DNA of 64,000 bases from an uncultured delta proteobacterium. GTDB lineage: Bacteria; Myxococcota; Myxococcia; Myxococcales; Anaeromyxobacteraceae. Shown here piece by piece: positions 1-13,127 of this stretch; the stretch's first letter is position 1, and every line of letters starts with the position of its first letter. Below the pieces are notes generated by a model. It saw only the letters and a program-made list of their open reading frames with translations. It was not told the DNA's origin and made no database searches. Where the stretch lies: the NCBI GenBank assembly GCA_963766715.1, contig CAVYBH010000013.1, positions 256,001 through 320,000 on the forward strand, in the 5' to 3' direction. Position numbers and translations under genes: made by a program.

Positions 1-701
1 CCGAAGAGGCTCGAGGACGCGAGGAGCCCCAGGATCCCGCGGACCACGGGCGCGCGCCACGCCCAGGCGAACCCGGCCCGTAAGTGAGGTCCCGGCTGGC
101 GCGGGGCGGGGCGGAAGGGCGGAAGCTCCATGACGACGAGCGCGCGGATCGTCCCGAGGAAGGAGAGCGCGTTCACCGCGAAGGCCCAGCCCTCCCCCAC
201 CGCGGCCACGAGCAGGCCGGCCAGCGCAGGACCGACGATGCGGGCCCCGTTCACGATGGTGGAGTTGAGGGCGAGCGCGTTCGGCATGTCCTCGCCGGCG
301 ATCTCCCCGAGCAGCGCCTGCCGGGCCGGGATCTCGAAGGCGTAGGTCATCCCCAGCATGAAGGAGAGCGGGAGCAGCATCCAGGCCTGGACCCACCCGC
401 CCAGCGTGAGGACGGAGAGCAGGACGGCCTGGGCGAGCGCGTTGGCCTGCGTCACGAGCACGATGCGGCGGCGCGGCAGCCGGTCGGCGAGGGAGCCGGC
501 CCATGCGCCGAAGAGGAAGGTGGGGATCTGGGAGAGGAAGCCGATGAGGCCGAGCATCCCCGCCGAGCCGGTGAGCCGCCAGACGAGCCAGCCCTGCGCC
601 ACCGACTGCATCCAGGTGCCCACCAGCGAGACCGCCTGTCCGCCGAAGAAGAGTCGGAGGTTGCGGTGCTCCAGCGCTCGGAGCGGACGGGGCCACGGCA
701 T
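1..701 (-). CDS. MFS transporter (MFS_3/DHA3-like), runs off the window edge
   Basis: Manual translation from ATG 701: MPWPRPLRALEHRNLRLFFGGQAVSLVGTWMQSVAQGWLVWRLTGS...GSLADRLPRRR (MFS motif A-like). Not in the ORF track because no stop lies in the window. Confidence 0.9.
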   Translation of the reverse strand, partial: MPWPRPLRALEHRNLRLFFGGQAVSLVGTWMQSVAQGWLVWRLTGSAGMLGLIGFLSQIPTFLFGAWAGSLADRLPRRRIVLVTQANALAQAVLLSVLTLGGWVQAWMLLPLSFMLGMTYAFEIPARQALLGEIAGEDMPNALALNSTIVNGARIVGPALAGLLVAAVGEGWAFAVNALSFLGTIRALVVMELPPFRPAPRQPGPHLRAGFAWAWRAPVVRGILGLLASSSLF

Positions 702-759
702 GGGCGGCGCAGCTTACCCGCTTTGCCGGGGGGGCCGGGCCCGTTATGTTCGCGCGCCC

Positions 760-2159
760 GTGAAGCCCTCCCTGCCCGTCCGCGCCGAGGTGCGCGCGCT
801 CGTCCGCCTGGCCGTCCCGCTCGCGCTCGCGAACGCGGGGCAGTCGCTCATGGGCGTGGTGGACGCGGCCGTGGTCGGGCGGGCCGGCGCGACGCAGCTG
901 GCCGGCGTGGGGCTCGGCGCCCTCCTCTTCTTCGCCGTCTCGGTGCTCGCCATGGGCACGATGATGGGGCTCGACCCGCTCGTGTCGCAGGCCTTCGGAT
1001 CCGGCGACGCCCGGCGGGCCCGCCACTTCCTCTGGCAAGGGGCGTGGATGGCGCTGGCCCTCGGCGTCGTGCTCGCCGTGCCCCTCGCCTTCGTCCCGCT
1101 CGCCCTCCAGCCGCTGGGGATCGCGCCGGACGTGGCGGCCCAGGCCTCCGGGCACCTGCTCGCGCGACTCCCCAGCCTGCCCGCCCTCCTCTTCTTCTTC
1201 GCCGCCCGATCCTACATGCAGGGGGCGAACGCCCCGCGCGCGGTGGTCCTCTCGGCGGTGCTGGCGAACCTCGTCAACTTCGCCCTCGACGTCCTGCTCG
1301 TCTTCGGCGGCGCCGACCTGCCCGCCTGGGCGGGGGCCCTGCGGCAGCTCCCGCCCCTGGGCGCCCTCGGGTCGGGCATCGCCACCTCGGTCGCCACCTG
1401 GCTCCAGGCCGCCTTCGTGGCCTGGGCGGCGGGCCGCATCCCCGTCGAGGGTTCGTTCGTCCGGCGCCCCGTGCTCGAGGAGATGCGCCTGGCCGCCCGC
1501 GTGGGCGCGCCCATCGGCCTCCACATGGGCGCCGAGGTCGGCGTGTTCGCGCTGGTGGGGTTCATCGCCGGCCGGCTCGGCGCGGTTCCGATGGCGGCCC
1601 ACCAGGTCGCCCTCGTGATCGCCTCCTTCTCCTTCAACGCGGCGGTGGGGATCGGCAACGCCGGGTCGGTCCGGGTCGGGTGGGCGGTCGGCTCGCGCGA
1701 CACCCCGGGTGCGCGCCGCGCCGGCCTGGTCGCCTTCGGGACCGGAGCCGCCGTGATGTCGGCCTGGGGGCTCGCCTTCCTCCTCTTCCCCGGCGTCTTC
1801 GCGCGCCTCATGAGCAACGACCCGGAGATCGTGGCCGTCGCCACGCCGCTGCTCCGCGTGGCCGGCGTGTTCCAGGTCTCGGACGGCATCCAGGCGGTCG
1901 GGGCCGGGGTCCTGCGGGGCGCCGGGGACACCCGGTTCACCCTGTGGGCCAACCTGATCGGCCACTGGGCGCTCGGCATGCCCGCGGCGCTCGGGCTCGG
2001 GCTCGCGCTGGGCTTCGGCGTCACCGGCCTGTGGTGGGGATCTGCTCATCGGGCTGTCCGCCGTGGCCCTCGCCCTCTATTTCCGCTTCCGCCGGGTCTC
2101 GTCCCGGCGAGATCGTCCCGATCCAGGAGAAGCGGGCCCGATCCGCCGCGCCCGCCTGA
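760..2159 (+). CDS. MATE family efflux transporter (NorM-like), frameshifted near the 3' end
   Basis: LVRLAVPLALAN...VDAAVVGRAG...MAAHQVAL...DGIQAVGAGVLRGAGDT; many TM segments; indels at about 2040-2110. Confidence 0.9.
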
Positions 2160-2162
2160 CCG

Positions 2163-2596
2163 GTGCGCCTCTCCCTTCCCCAGCCCTGGGAGGAGATCTC
2201 CCACACCGCCGACGTCGGCATCGCCGCGCGCGGCGACACGCCCGAGGAGGCGCTCGCCCGGCTGGTCCTCGCGCTCGGCGCGCTCCTCGCCGGGGGCGGG
2301 GCGGTGGCCGAGGACCGCGTCGAGGAATGACTGTCCGTGAAGGCTCGGACCTGGCGCAGACCGCGGTGGCGGTCCTCCGGGAGGTGCTCTACCGCTGCGT
2401 CACGGCGCGGACCCTCCCGTGCGGCTGCGAGGTCCTCTCGCTGCGTCCCGGGGAGGCGCGGCTGGTGGTCGCGACGGGGCCGCGCGATCCCGTGCGTCAC
2501 GCCGAGGGGGCCGACGTGAAGGCCGTCACCTGGCACGCGGCGCGCCTCGAGCCGGACGGCGGAGGCTGGCGCGCGCAGGTGATTCTCGACGTGTAG
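2163..2596 (+). CDS. Archease (SHS2 domain), frameshifted at about 2325
   Basis: N-terminal WEEISHTADVGIAARG in one frame and C-terminal DVKAVTWH...AQVILDV in another; both are archease signatures. Lies directly upstream of rtcB. Confidence 0.85.
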
Positions 2597-2605
2597 GATG
2601 ATCGC

Positions 2606-4044
2606 GTGCAGCTGCGGCGCGTCCACGACTGGCTCTGGGAGATCCCGCGCGAGGGAGGCATGCGCGTCCCGGGTCGCGTCTACTCGGACGGGATGCCCGC
2701 GCCGGACGATCCCGCGCTCCGGCAGGTGGCGAACGTGGCCTTCCTGCCGGGCATCGTGACGGCCTCGCTGGCCATGCCCGACATGCACTGGGGCTACGGA
2801 TTCCCCATCGGCGGGGTGGCCGCCGTCGATCCGGACGAGGGCGCGATCTCCCCGGGCGGGGTGGGCTACGACATCAACTGCGGCGTCCGCCTGGTCGCCA
2901 CCCGGCTCGACGCCGACGAGCTCCGCCCCCGCCTCCACGAGGCGCTCGCGCAGCTCTTCCGCGACGTGCCCACCGGCGTGGGGTCGAGCGCGGCGATTCC
3001 CCGCCTCTCGCTGCGCGACCTCGATCAGGTCCTGGTCCAGGGCGCCCGCTGGGCCTTCTCCCGGGGCTACGCCGCCTCGGCGAGCGACCTCGAGCACTGC
3101 GAGGAGGGAGGCGCCCTGGGTGGCGCCGATCCCGCGGCGGTGAGCGACCGCGCCCACGAGCGCGGCGCCGACCAGCTGGGCACGCTGGGGAGCGGGAACC
3201 ACTTCCTCGAGCTGGACGTCGTGGCGGAGGTCTTCGACGAGCCCGCCGCGACCGCCTTCGGCCTGCGGCCCGGGGACGTCGCGGTCCAGATCCACTCCGG
3301 GTCGCGAGGGCTGGGGTACCAGGTGTGCGACGAGGCCATCGCCGCGCTGGCGCCGGCCATGGGGCGCCACGGGCCCGCGTACGCGGCCATCCCGGATCCC
3401 CAGCTGGCCTGCGCGCCGGTCCGCAGCCCGGCCGGCGAGGCGTATCTCGCCGCCATGTCGGCGGCCGCCAACTTCGCCTGGGCGAACCGCCAGGTGATGA
3501 CGGGGCTCTCGGTGCGCGCGCTGTGCCGGTCGCTCTCCCTCTCGGAGGGCGACCTCCGCGCCCGCGTGGTCTACGACGTCTGCCACAACGTGGCCAAGCA
3601 CGAGGAGCACGGGTCGACGGGCGGCCGCGGCGCCTGCTGGTCCACCGCAAGGGAGCGACCCGCGCCTTCGGGCCGGGCGATCCCCGCGTCCCGGCCGCCT
3701 ACCGGGCCGTCGGGCAGCCCGTGCTCATCCCCGGCGACATGGGGCGCTGCTCGTACGTGCTCTGCGGCGCCGCCGGTGCGATGGAGCAGACCTTCGGCAG
3801 CTCCTGCCACGGGGCCGGCCGCGTCCTCTCCCGCCACCAGGCCATGAAGCAGGCCCGGGGCCGCTCCATCCACCGGGAGCTCGCCGACCGCGGCATCGAG
3901 GTCATCTCCCGCGGCAAGAAGACGCTCGCCGAGGAGATGAGCGAGGCCTACAAGGACGTCACGCGCGTGGTTCGAGTGGTGGAGAAGGCCGGGCTCTCCC
4001 GGCTGGTGGCGCGGCTCGAGCCGATGGGCGTGATCAAGGGCTAG
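2606..4044 (+). CDS. rtcB: RtcB family RNA ligase, frameshifted at about 3610
   Basis: MPDMHWGYGFPIGGV, GVGYDINCGVR, LGTLGSGNHFLE, IHSGSRG, HNVAK, then VHRKGAT, PGDMG, SSCHGAGR, EEMSEAYKDV. Confidence 0.95.
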
Positions 4045-4854
4045 ATGGCCGATCCCTTCCAGCTTCCCGTCACCGCCTGGTCCCGGCTCCACCTGGTCGA
4101 GTTCACCGACATGCCCGGGCTGGCGCGCCCGCTCCGGCGGTGGCTGGGCGACTACCTCCGCGGCATCGTCACCCTCACCCGGCTCTTCGAGCCGGCCGCG
4201 CCCCGCATCGCCGACCTCCTGCGCGCCACCGGGGGCGACCGCGTCGTCGACCTCTGCTCGGGGGCCGGGGGACCGTGGCCCGCGCTGGCCGGCCCGGTGG
4301 AGGCGGCGCTGGGGCGGCCGGTCCGGGTGCTGCTCACCGACCTCCACCCCGACTTCGAGACCTGGCGCTGGCTCGAGGCCTCGACCCCGACGCGCGTCTC
4401 CGGCCATCCCGGGTCCGTGCCCGCGGACGACGTCCCCGCCGCCCTTCCCGGGGTTCGCACCCTCTTCGACGGCCTCCACCACCTGCCGCCCGACGCGGCC
4501 CGCGCCGTCCTCGCCGACGCGGCACGCCACGGGGTCCCGCTCGTCGCCGCCGAGGCGGTGGAGCGGAGCGCCATCGGGCTCGCGGGCGTGCTCTTCTCCC
4601 CGCTGCTCGTCTGGGCGGTCACGCCGTTCCTCCGGCCCGTCTCGATCCCGCGCCTCCTCCTCACGTACGCCGTCCCGCTCGTGCCGCTGATGGTGCTCTG
4701 GGACGGGATCGTGTCGGTGCTCCGCTGCTACCGGCCGGAGGAGTTGCGCGCGCTCACCGCCGGGCTCGACGACGGCTACGACTGGCGAGTCGAGCGGGTG
4801 CGGCGACGGGGGCCGGCGGCGACCCTCCTGGTGGGTACCCCTCGATCCCGCTGA
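4045..4854 (+). CDS. Class I SAM-dependent methyltransferase-like protein
   Basis: [11 protein letters not shown] motif I; abuts the rtcB stop. Confidence 0.65.
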   Translation: MADPFQLPVTAWSRLHLVEFTDMPGLARPLRRWLGDYLRGIVTLTRLFEPAAPRIADLLRATGGDRVVDLCSGAGGPWPALAGPVEAALGRPVRVLLTDLHPDFETWRWLEASTPTRVSGHPGSVPADDVPAALPGVRTLFDGLHHLPPDAARAVLADAARHGVPLVAAEAVERSAIGLAGVLFSPLLVWAVTPFLRPVSIPRLLLTYAVPLVPLMVLWDGIVSVLRCYRPEELRALTAGLDDGYDWRVERVRRRGPAATLLVGTPRSR

Positions 4855-4876
4855 CGGGGCGGGTTATTCGAAACGG

Positions 4877-7043
<2,167 letters not shown>

Positions 7044-7056
7044 GCGGCTGAACGGC

Positions 7057-7827
7057 TCACCGCCCGGTGGCGCGTCTCACCGCGTCCCGGGCCACTCCCG
7101 GGACGTTGCTGACGAGGGCGTCGACCCCCATCGCCGCGAGCCGCTCGACCTCGTCGGGGACGTCGACCGTCCAGACGAGGACTCGCAGGCCCGTCCGGTG
7201 CCAGGACGCCATCCGGCTCGCCGTCACCAGCTGCCGGGCCGGGTGGACGGCCGCCGGGCGGAGCGCCCGGATCGCGGCGGCGGCGCGGGCCAGCCAGAGC
7301 GCGCCCGGCTCGACGAGCGTCCCGGTCGCCACGTCCGGCGCCAGCGCACGGAAGGCGGCCAGCAGGGCCACGCTGAACGAGGAGACCACCACGCGCGCCT
7401 CGGCCCCCCGCTGCCGGATCGTCCGGACGACCTCGGCCGCCAGGCCCGGATCGGGCACGAGGCCCGACTTCAGCTCGACGTTCACGACCGCCGAGGGGAA
7501 CAGGTCGAGCACCTCGGAGAGCGTCGGGATGCGTTCGCCCCGGAACGCCTCGCCCCGCCACCGCCCGACGTCGAGCTCCCGGAGGAGCGGGAGCGGCGTC
7601 CGGGTCACGCGAAGCGGGGACTGCCCCGTGCGCGAGGCCTCCTCGTCGTGGATGACCACCGCCTCCCCGCTGCCGCAGCGCCACACGTCGAGCTCGAAGC
7701 CGTCGGCGCCCTGGTCCATGGCGAGGCGAAAGGCGGCGAGGGTGTTCTCCGGCGCGTCGGCGCTGGCGCCGCGGTGGCCGAGGACGAGCGGACGTCCGTC
7801 GATGGAAGGGAAGTTCGGAGGGCTCAC
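7057..7827 (-). CDS. Glycerophosphodiester phosphodiesterase
   Basis: [41 protein letters not shown]. Confidence 0.92.
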   Translation of the reverse strand: MSPPNFPSIDGRPLVLGHRGASADAPENTLAAFRLAMDQGADGFELDVWRCGSGEAVVIHDEEASRTGQSPLRVTRTPLPLLRELDVGRWRGEAFRGERIPTLSEVLDLFPSAVVNVELKSGLVPDPGLAAEVVRTIRQRGAEARVVVSSFSVALLAAFRALAPDVATGTLVEPGALWLARAAAAIRALRPAAVHPARQLVTASRMASWHRTGLRVLVWTVDVPDEVERLAAMGVDALVSNVPGVARDAVRRATGR

Positions 7828-7870
7828 GGCGCGGTGGCGCGTTCGGGGTGCGACGGGTATGCTACCGCCC

Positions 7871-8122
7871 ATGCGACTCGGTTTCGGCGAGATTCTCATC
7901 ATCCTCGTCGTCGTCCTGCTGATCTTCGGGGCGAACAAGATTCCCCAGCTCGGCGACGCGCTGGGCAAGGGCATCAAGAACTTCCGGAAGGCCACCGGGG
8001 GCGAGGACGACTCCATCGACGTCACGCCGCCCAAGGCCGACGCCGAGAAGCTCTCGTCCCCGGAGCGCCCCGCTGCGCCACAGTCGCAGCAGGCGGCCCC
8101 CTCCGAGTCGAAGAAGGTCTAG
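7871..8122 (+). CDS. tatA: Twin-arginine translocase TatA/E subunit
   Basis: [41 protein letters not shown]. Confidence 0.92.
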   Translation: MRLGFGEILIILVVVLLIFGANKIPQLGDALGKGIKNFRKATGGEDDSIDVTPPKADAEKLSSPERPAAPQSQQAAPSESKKV

Positions 8123-8892
8123 GTCGACCGCCGTCCCCGGCGTCCGCCCCGCTCCTCCGCCAGCTTCCTGGCCGCCTCCCGCACCGCGGGGTGCAGCGTG
8201 CCGTCGTCCGCCATCTCCTCCACCTCCCGCGCCGGCAGGGTGGGCAGGATGTGAAGCGCGATCTCGGTCTCGACGAAGGGATTCCTGGCCAGCGCGCGGC
8301 GCACCGCCGACCGGCTTCGCCAGCGCCGGTCCTCGTGGAGCGCCCGGAGGGTCTCCGGCCGGGCCGGCCGGCGCGCGGCGATCCGGACCGCCTCCGCCTC
8401 GGTGACGAGCGGGTTGCGGAGCAGTTCCCGGACCACCGACGGGTCCCCTTCCGCCGCCAGGCGCGCCAGGAGATCGGGGTCGCGCCGCAGCCGGGCGAAG
8501 GCCTTCTTGTGTCCGAGCGAGAGGCGGGCGGCCACGGGGTCCGCCTTGTCGCGCGGCTCCTCGAACGACCGGCGGGGGCGCGGCGAGAGGAACAGCGCGG
8601 CGACGTGCGGCAGGTCGCGTCCGCGCGCCTCGGCGTAGACCGCCGTCCGCCACTCGTAGTCGATGACCGAATCCGGGGCGAGGAGCGCCTGCCCCACCGC
8701 TGCGATGGCGGCCGTTCCCCAGTCCTCGGTGCCGCCCGCCACGAGCGCCGCGAGCAGCTCCACGGCCGGCCCGGGTTCGAGGCGAGCCAGGTGGCGCCCC
8801 GCCGCCCCCGCGCGGATGGCGCCCTCCTCCAGCGCGGCCAGTCGCAAGGCGAACGCCTCGGCCGCCGCCCGCGCTTTGCCGCCCGCGGCCAC
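8119..8892 (-). CDS. Hypothetical helical-repeat protein
   Basis: Repeats such as [12 protein letters not shown] and [11 protein letters not shown] (LRV/HEAT-like); start uncertain. Confidence 0.6.
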   Translation of the reverse strand: MAAGGKARAAAEAFALRLAALEEGAIRAGAAGRHLARLEPGPAVELLAALVAGGTEDWGTAAIAAVGQALLAPDSVIDYEWRTAVYAEARGRDLPHVAALFLSPRPRRSFEEPRDKADPVAARLSLGHKKAFARLRRDPDLLARLAAEGDPSVVRELLRNPLVTEAEAVRIAARRPARPETLRALHEDRRWRSRSAVRRALARNPFVETEIALHILPTLPAREVEEMADDGTLHPAVREAARKLAEERGGRRGRRST

Positions 8893-8894
8893 GG

Positions 8895-10293
8895 TCAGCG
8901 GCCCGGCGCGGGAACCGGCTCGACGCGGAAGCGGATGGCGCCGACGTCGCCGTCGGGACGGGGGAGGACCACGAGGAAGGGCTCGATCCTGCCCGGGCTC
9001 GAGCCGCGGGGCCGCGCGCGAGCGGATCTCTCCCCGCAGGCGCTCCAGCTCCTCCGCGGTGGAGATGCTCGCCAGCTCCTCCGGACGGGGCACCGCGCCG
9101 GCGAGGCCCGTCGCCTCTCCCAGGCGGGTACCCGCCGCGCACGAGCTCGACGCGGACCGCCACCGGCCCCTCGACGGGAGCGCGGGTCGCTCGCACCACC
9201 CCGCGCACGAAGAGGACCCGGTGCCCGCGAGAGCCCTCGTACAGGCCGCTCGAGACCTGGCCGGTCTCGACGTCGGCCGGGCGGGCGGCTCCGGGCCAGC
9301 GAAGCCCGGCGCCGACTCCCTCTCCCCGCCACCACACCAGGATCCCGGCGGTCAGGACGAGGAGCACGGCGAGCGAGAGCACGTTCATCGCGAGCACCCG
9401 GATGCGCGGGGCGCGAGGCGGCGGATGGGCGGGTGCGGCTGCCTCTGCTGCCGCCGGTGCCGCGGCCGCAGGCGCCGGCACCCGGTCCGGCGCCTGCGGC
9501 TCGGGGAGGGAAGCACCGGCGCGCTGTGCCACCACGGGCGGGGGCTCGGGCGGAGGCGCAGGCCGCCGCGACGTCGAGGGGGGCGTGGGCTCGGGCTCGA
9601 TGGGATCGAAATCGGGGTCCGGGGGCGCGGCGCCCGCCGCCAGGTCGACCTCCTGGAAGCCGTCCATCCCCACCGCCACGGCGTTCGTGGGCTCGGGCTC
9701 GTCCCAGCGCGGGGCGCCGTCCCGGATCGGCATCGCCGCCGGCGTCCGCTCCTCGAGCGAGAGTCCGCCCATCGAGAAGTCGGGCTCCGGCGGCTCCCGC
9801 CCGGCGAGCGGGATCGCGCCCGTGCGCTCCAGGTCGGAGAGGCTCGTCACCGGGAGCGAACCGAGGAATCCGGATCGCTCCACGGGAGGGTCGAGGAGCG
9901 CGGGGCCGAACGGCGTGGGCTCGGGAGGCGCGAGGTCCGACGGGCCGGCGAAGGCGGCGAACGGGTCGCCTTCCAGCGAGGTCGCGGTGGGCGTCCCTGG
10001 GTCCGCGGGGCCGGGGCCACCCTGGAGATCCAGGACGCCGGTGGGCCATCCTCCCGTCCCCGTGGCCTCGGAGGTGGTGTGGAGCGGCGTCGGCTCGGGG
10101 TCGAAAGACCCGATTCGGGGGTTCAGGTGGGGGGGCGGAGGAGGTGGGGGGGAGGTGGCGGCGGGGGAGGCGGCGCCAGGCTGACCGCGAAGGTCTGGCC
10201 GCACCTCGAGCAACGGACCCGCGCGCCGCGCGGACCGACCTTCTCATCGGCGACCCGGAACCGGGCGCTGCACGCGGAGCAAGCGACGATCAT
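8895..10293 (-). CDS. Zinc-ribbon (MJ0042-type) membrane protein with a Pro-rich linker, several frameshifts
   Basis: MIVACSACSARFRVADEKVGPRGARVRCSRCGQTF, Pro/acidic linker, TM segment NVLSLAVLLVLTAGILVWW, C-terminal periplasmic domain. Confidence 0.75.
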
Positions 10294-10338
10294 GCCGTGA
10301 TTCCAGCGATCCTGGCTGAACCTTAGCACCCGCCCCCC

Positions 10339-10367
10339 TTGACACCAAGGTTCGCGCCGAGAACAAT
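10339..10367 (+). promoter_or_regulatory. Putative sigma70 promoter of the PhaR-like gene
   Basis: TTGACA-17 nt-AACAAT. Confidence 0.55.
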
Positions 10368-10412
10368 GCCGCACTGCGGCAGGACTTCCCACGCGAGGGG
10401 CCCGGACTCCAG

Positions 10413-10973
10413 ATGACCGACCAGCAGACGGCGAGCGCGGACGCGACCTCGATGGGGCGTGAACCGAAGGTGATCAAGCGGTACGCGAACCGGAAACTCT
10501 ACGACACCGTCGAGTCACGTTACGTCACATTGGAAGAGATCGCCGAGATGGTGAAGGCCGGCGCCGAGGTGCGGATCATCGACAACCGCACCAAGGAGGA
10601 TCTCACCAGCGTGACCCTGGCCCAGATCATCTTCGAGGAGGAGAAGAAGACCTCCAAGATGAGCCTCCGCACGCTCAAGGACCTCATCCGCCACGGCGGA
10701 GAGCGGGCCCAGCAGTTCGTCGAGGAGGCCCAGGCCGACCTGCGGGAGAAGGTGCAGGTGCTCATCCCGAAGGTCCAGGCCACCGGGGATCGCGCCAAGG
10801 ATCTCGTGGCTGCCTCCCAGGAGGCCGTGGCCCAGTTCCAGCGTCGCGTCGACGATCGGGTCCGCGCCACCGTGGACGGGATGGCCAACCTGCCCGAGCT
10901 CCGCAAGGATCTGCAGACGCTCACCGCCCGCCTCGAGGACCTCGAGCGGCGGCTGTCCGACCTCGACCGCTAG
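10413..10973 (+). CDS. PHA synthesis regulator (PhaR-like) DNA-binding-domain protein
   Basis: VIKRYANRKLYDTVESRYVTLEEIAEMVKAG...EDLTSVTLAQII. Confidence 0.85.
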   Translation: MTDQQTASADATSMGREPKVIKRYANRKLYDTVESRYVTLEEIAEMVKAGAEVRIIDNRTKEDLTSVTLAQIIFEEEKKTSKMSLRTLKDLIRHGGERAQQFVEEAQADLREKVQVLIPKVQATGDRAKDLVAASQEAVAQFQRRVDDRVRATVDGMANLPELRKDLQTLTARLEDLERRLSDLDR

Positions 10974-11752
10974 GTCGGCCCCTGCCCGGCTCCGGCCGGT
11001 CCCAGATCAGTCGTGCGATCTCCGCGAGCGCGATGGCGCCGCTCGAGCGCGGCGCGTACTCGAAGATGGTCTGGCCGTGGCTCTGCGCCTCGTCGATCTT
11101 CACCGAGAACCCCAGCGGCGGCGGCCAGGCGATCGGGGAAGCGCTCGCGCAGCTTGGCCAGGATCTCCTCGGCGAGCTGCGTCTTCCGGTACAGGGTGGG
11201 CACGACCAGCGTGACCGCCGGGGCCCGTCCGGTCTCGGCCCGGAGCGCGTCGAGGCTGGCCAGGATCTCGGCGCACCCGTCGAGCGCCAGGTAGGTGAGC
11301 CCCACCGGCAGCACGACCTCCGTGGCGGCCCGGAGCACGTTCTCGGTGACGAGCGAGACCGACGGGGGCGCGTCGATGAGCACCGCGTCCCAGGAGCCCT
11401 CCGGCACGTCGTCGAGCCGGAGCCGGAGCCGGTCGGCCCGATCGGGGGAGCTCGCCACCTCCACCGGGAAGCCGGCCAGGTCCTTGTTGGCGGGGAGCAG
11501 GTCGAGGCCGGGCAGCGCGGTGGGGAGCGCCGCCTGCTTCACCGAAAGTGACTGCCCGACGAGCACGTCCCGGATGGTGGGAGAGAGGCCGCGGACGTCG
11601 ATGCCCAGCGCCTTCCCGGCGTGCCCCTGGGTGTCCAGGTCGGCGAGCAGGACCCGCTTGCCCCGCTGGCCGGCGATCCACGCGGCCGTGTTCACGCAGA
11701 GCGTGGTCTTGCAGGTGCCGCCCTTCTCGTTGACGAAGGCGATGCGCCGCAT
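10921..11752 (-). CDS. ParA/Soj family ATPase, frameshifted at about 11110
   Basis: NEKGGTCKTT deviant Walker A, DLDTQG, LIDAPP; C-terminus KIDEAQSHGQTIFEYAPRS in another frame; end uncertain. Confidence 0.85.
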
Positions 11753-11773
11753 GGGACGGGGCTCCGCGCCGCC

Positions 11774-12151
11774 TCAGCTCCGGGCGGGACCGTCCTTGGC
11801 GGGTTCCTCGTCCTGCGGCTCCGCGTCGTCGTCCGACGCCTCGCCCTCCCCCGGGTCGTCGTCCTCCCGGGCCTCGGCCCGGGCGAGCCGCGTGGAGAGC
11901 CCGTCGAGGAGCTCCTCCATCTCGACCAGGCGCCGCTTCAGCTCCTCGAGGTCCCGCGAGGAGGGGACCTGGGCGGCCTCGAGCGCCGCGCGCGCCAGCC
12001 GATCGATCCGCTCCCGGGCCTCGCCGGCCGCGGCCAGGACGGTCTGGAGGGCCAAGCCGGCCTTCTCGGGAGAGAGGACACGCCCCACCTGGCGCTCGCC
12101 GGCGGCACGCGCCTGGCGCAAGAGAGGATGATCGAGGAACGAACGGAGCAT
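11774..12151 (-). CDS. Small coiled-coil protein, possibly phasin-like
   Basis: ...ALEAAQVPSSRDLEELKRRLVEMEELL with an acidic tail; GGAG SD upstream. Confidence 0.5.
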   Translation of the reverse strand: MLRSFLDHPLLRQARAAGERQVGRVLSPEKAGLALQTVLAAAGEARERIDRLARAALEAAQVPSSRDLEELKRRLVEMEELLDGLSTRLARAEAREDDDPGEGEASDDDAEPQDEEPAKDGPARS

Positions 12152-12191
12152 GTGGACTTCTCCCCTCCTTGTCGTTAGCTTGTCAAGCGCC

Positions 12192-13127
12192 GTGTCCGGC
12201 TCCGATTTGCTCGATCGCCGCCTCGTCGTCGTCACGGGCAAGGGAGGCGTCGGGAAGTCCACGGTCGCCGCCGCCCTCGCCACGCTGGCCGCACGCCGCG
12301 GGAAGAGGGTTCTCGTCGCCGAGGTCGACGCGCGCGAGCGCGTGGCGCCCATGCTGGGCGGCCGCCCCTCCGGCCCCGTCGTCCATCCGGTGGTCGACGG
12401 CATCTCCACCGTCAACGTCGACCCGCGCCACGCGCTCGAGGAGTACGCGCTCATGGTGGTGAAGGTGCGGGCCATCTACCAGGCCGTCTTCGAGAACCGG
12501 ATCGTGCGCTTCTTCCTGCGCGCGGTGCCGTCGCTGGCCGAGACCCTCATGCTGGGGAAGATCCTGCACGAGGCCCGGAGCGAGAAGGACGGCAAGCCGC
12601 GCTGGGACCTGGTGGTCGTCGACGCGCCGGCCACCGGTCACGCGATCCAGCTGCTCGGGGTCCCGAAGGCGCTCCTCGACACCGTGCCGGCGGGCCCGAT
12701 GCGGCGGGACGCGGAGTGGATGCAGGCGCTCCTCACCGATCCCGCCAGGACCTCGGTGGTGCTCGTGTCGCTCCCCGAGGAGATGCCGGTGAGCGAGACC
12801 ATCGAGCTCGACCTGCAGATCCGCGACGGGCTGGGCCTTCCCCGCGGGCCGATCTTCGTGAACGCCATGCCGGACGCCCGCTTCACCGCCGCGGAGCAGG
12901 AACGGCTGCGAGGCCTCGCCGGGTCCGAGCCCCCGGTGGGTCCGGCGGCGCGGGCCTCGCTCCTCGAGGCCGGCCGGCGGGAGCGGGCCGAAGGACAGGT
13001 GGCCCGGCTTCGCGGGGCCGTCGAGGGCTCGCTCGTCACCCTCCCCTTGCTCGCCACCGAGCGCTGGGGGCGCCGCGCCGTGGAGAAGATCGCCGACGCC
13101 ATCGATGCCGCCGAAGGGCGCGCCTGA
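12192..13127 (+). CDS. ArsA/Get3-like ATPase (first of a pair)
   Basis: VTGKGGVGKST, VVVDAPATGHA, PEEMPVSET. Confidence 0.88.
   Translation: MSGSDLLDRRLVVVTGKGGVGKSTVAAALATLAARRGKRVLVAEVDARERVAPMLGGRPSGPVVHPVVDGISTVNVDPRHALEEYALMVVKVRAIYQAVFENRIVRFFLRAVPSLAETLMLGKILHEARSEKDGKPRWDLVVVDAPATGHAIQLLGVPKALLDTVPAGPMRRDAEWMQALLTDPARTSVVLVSLPEEMPVSETIELDLQIRDGLGLPRGPIFVNAMPDARFTAAEQERLRGLAGSEPPVGPAARASLLEAGRRERAEGQVARLRGAVEGSLVTLPLLATERWGRRAVEKIADAIDAAEGRA

Noticed and set aside
10127..10175. G-rich tract as a G-quadruplex or contingency locus
   Set aside because: Explained by a poly-Pro linker on the minus strand; its length is unreliable in this assembly.
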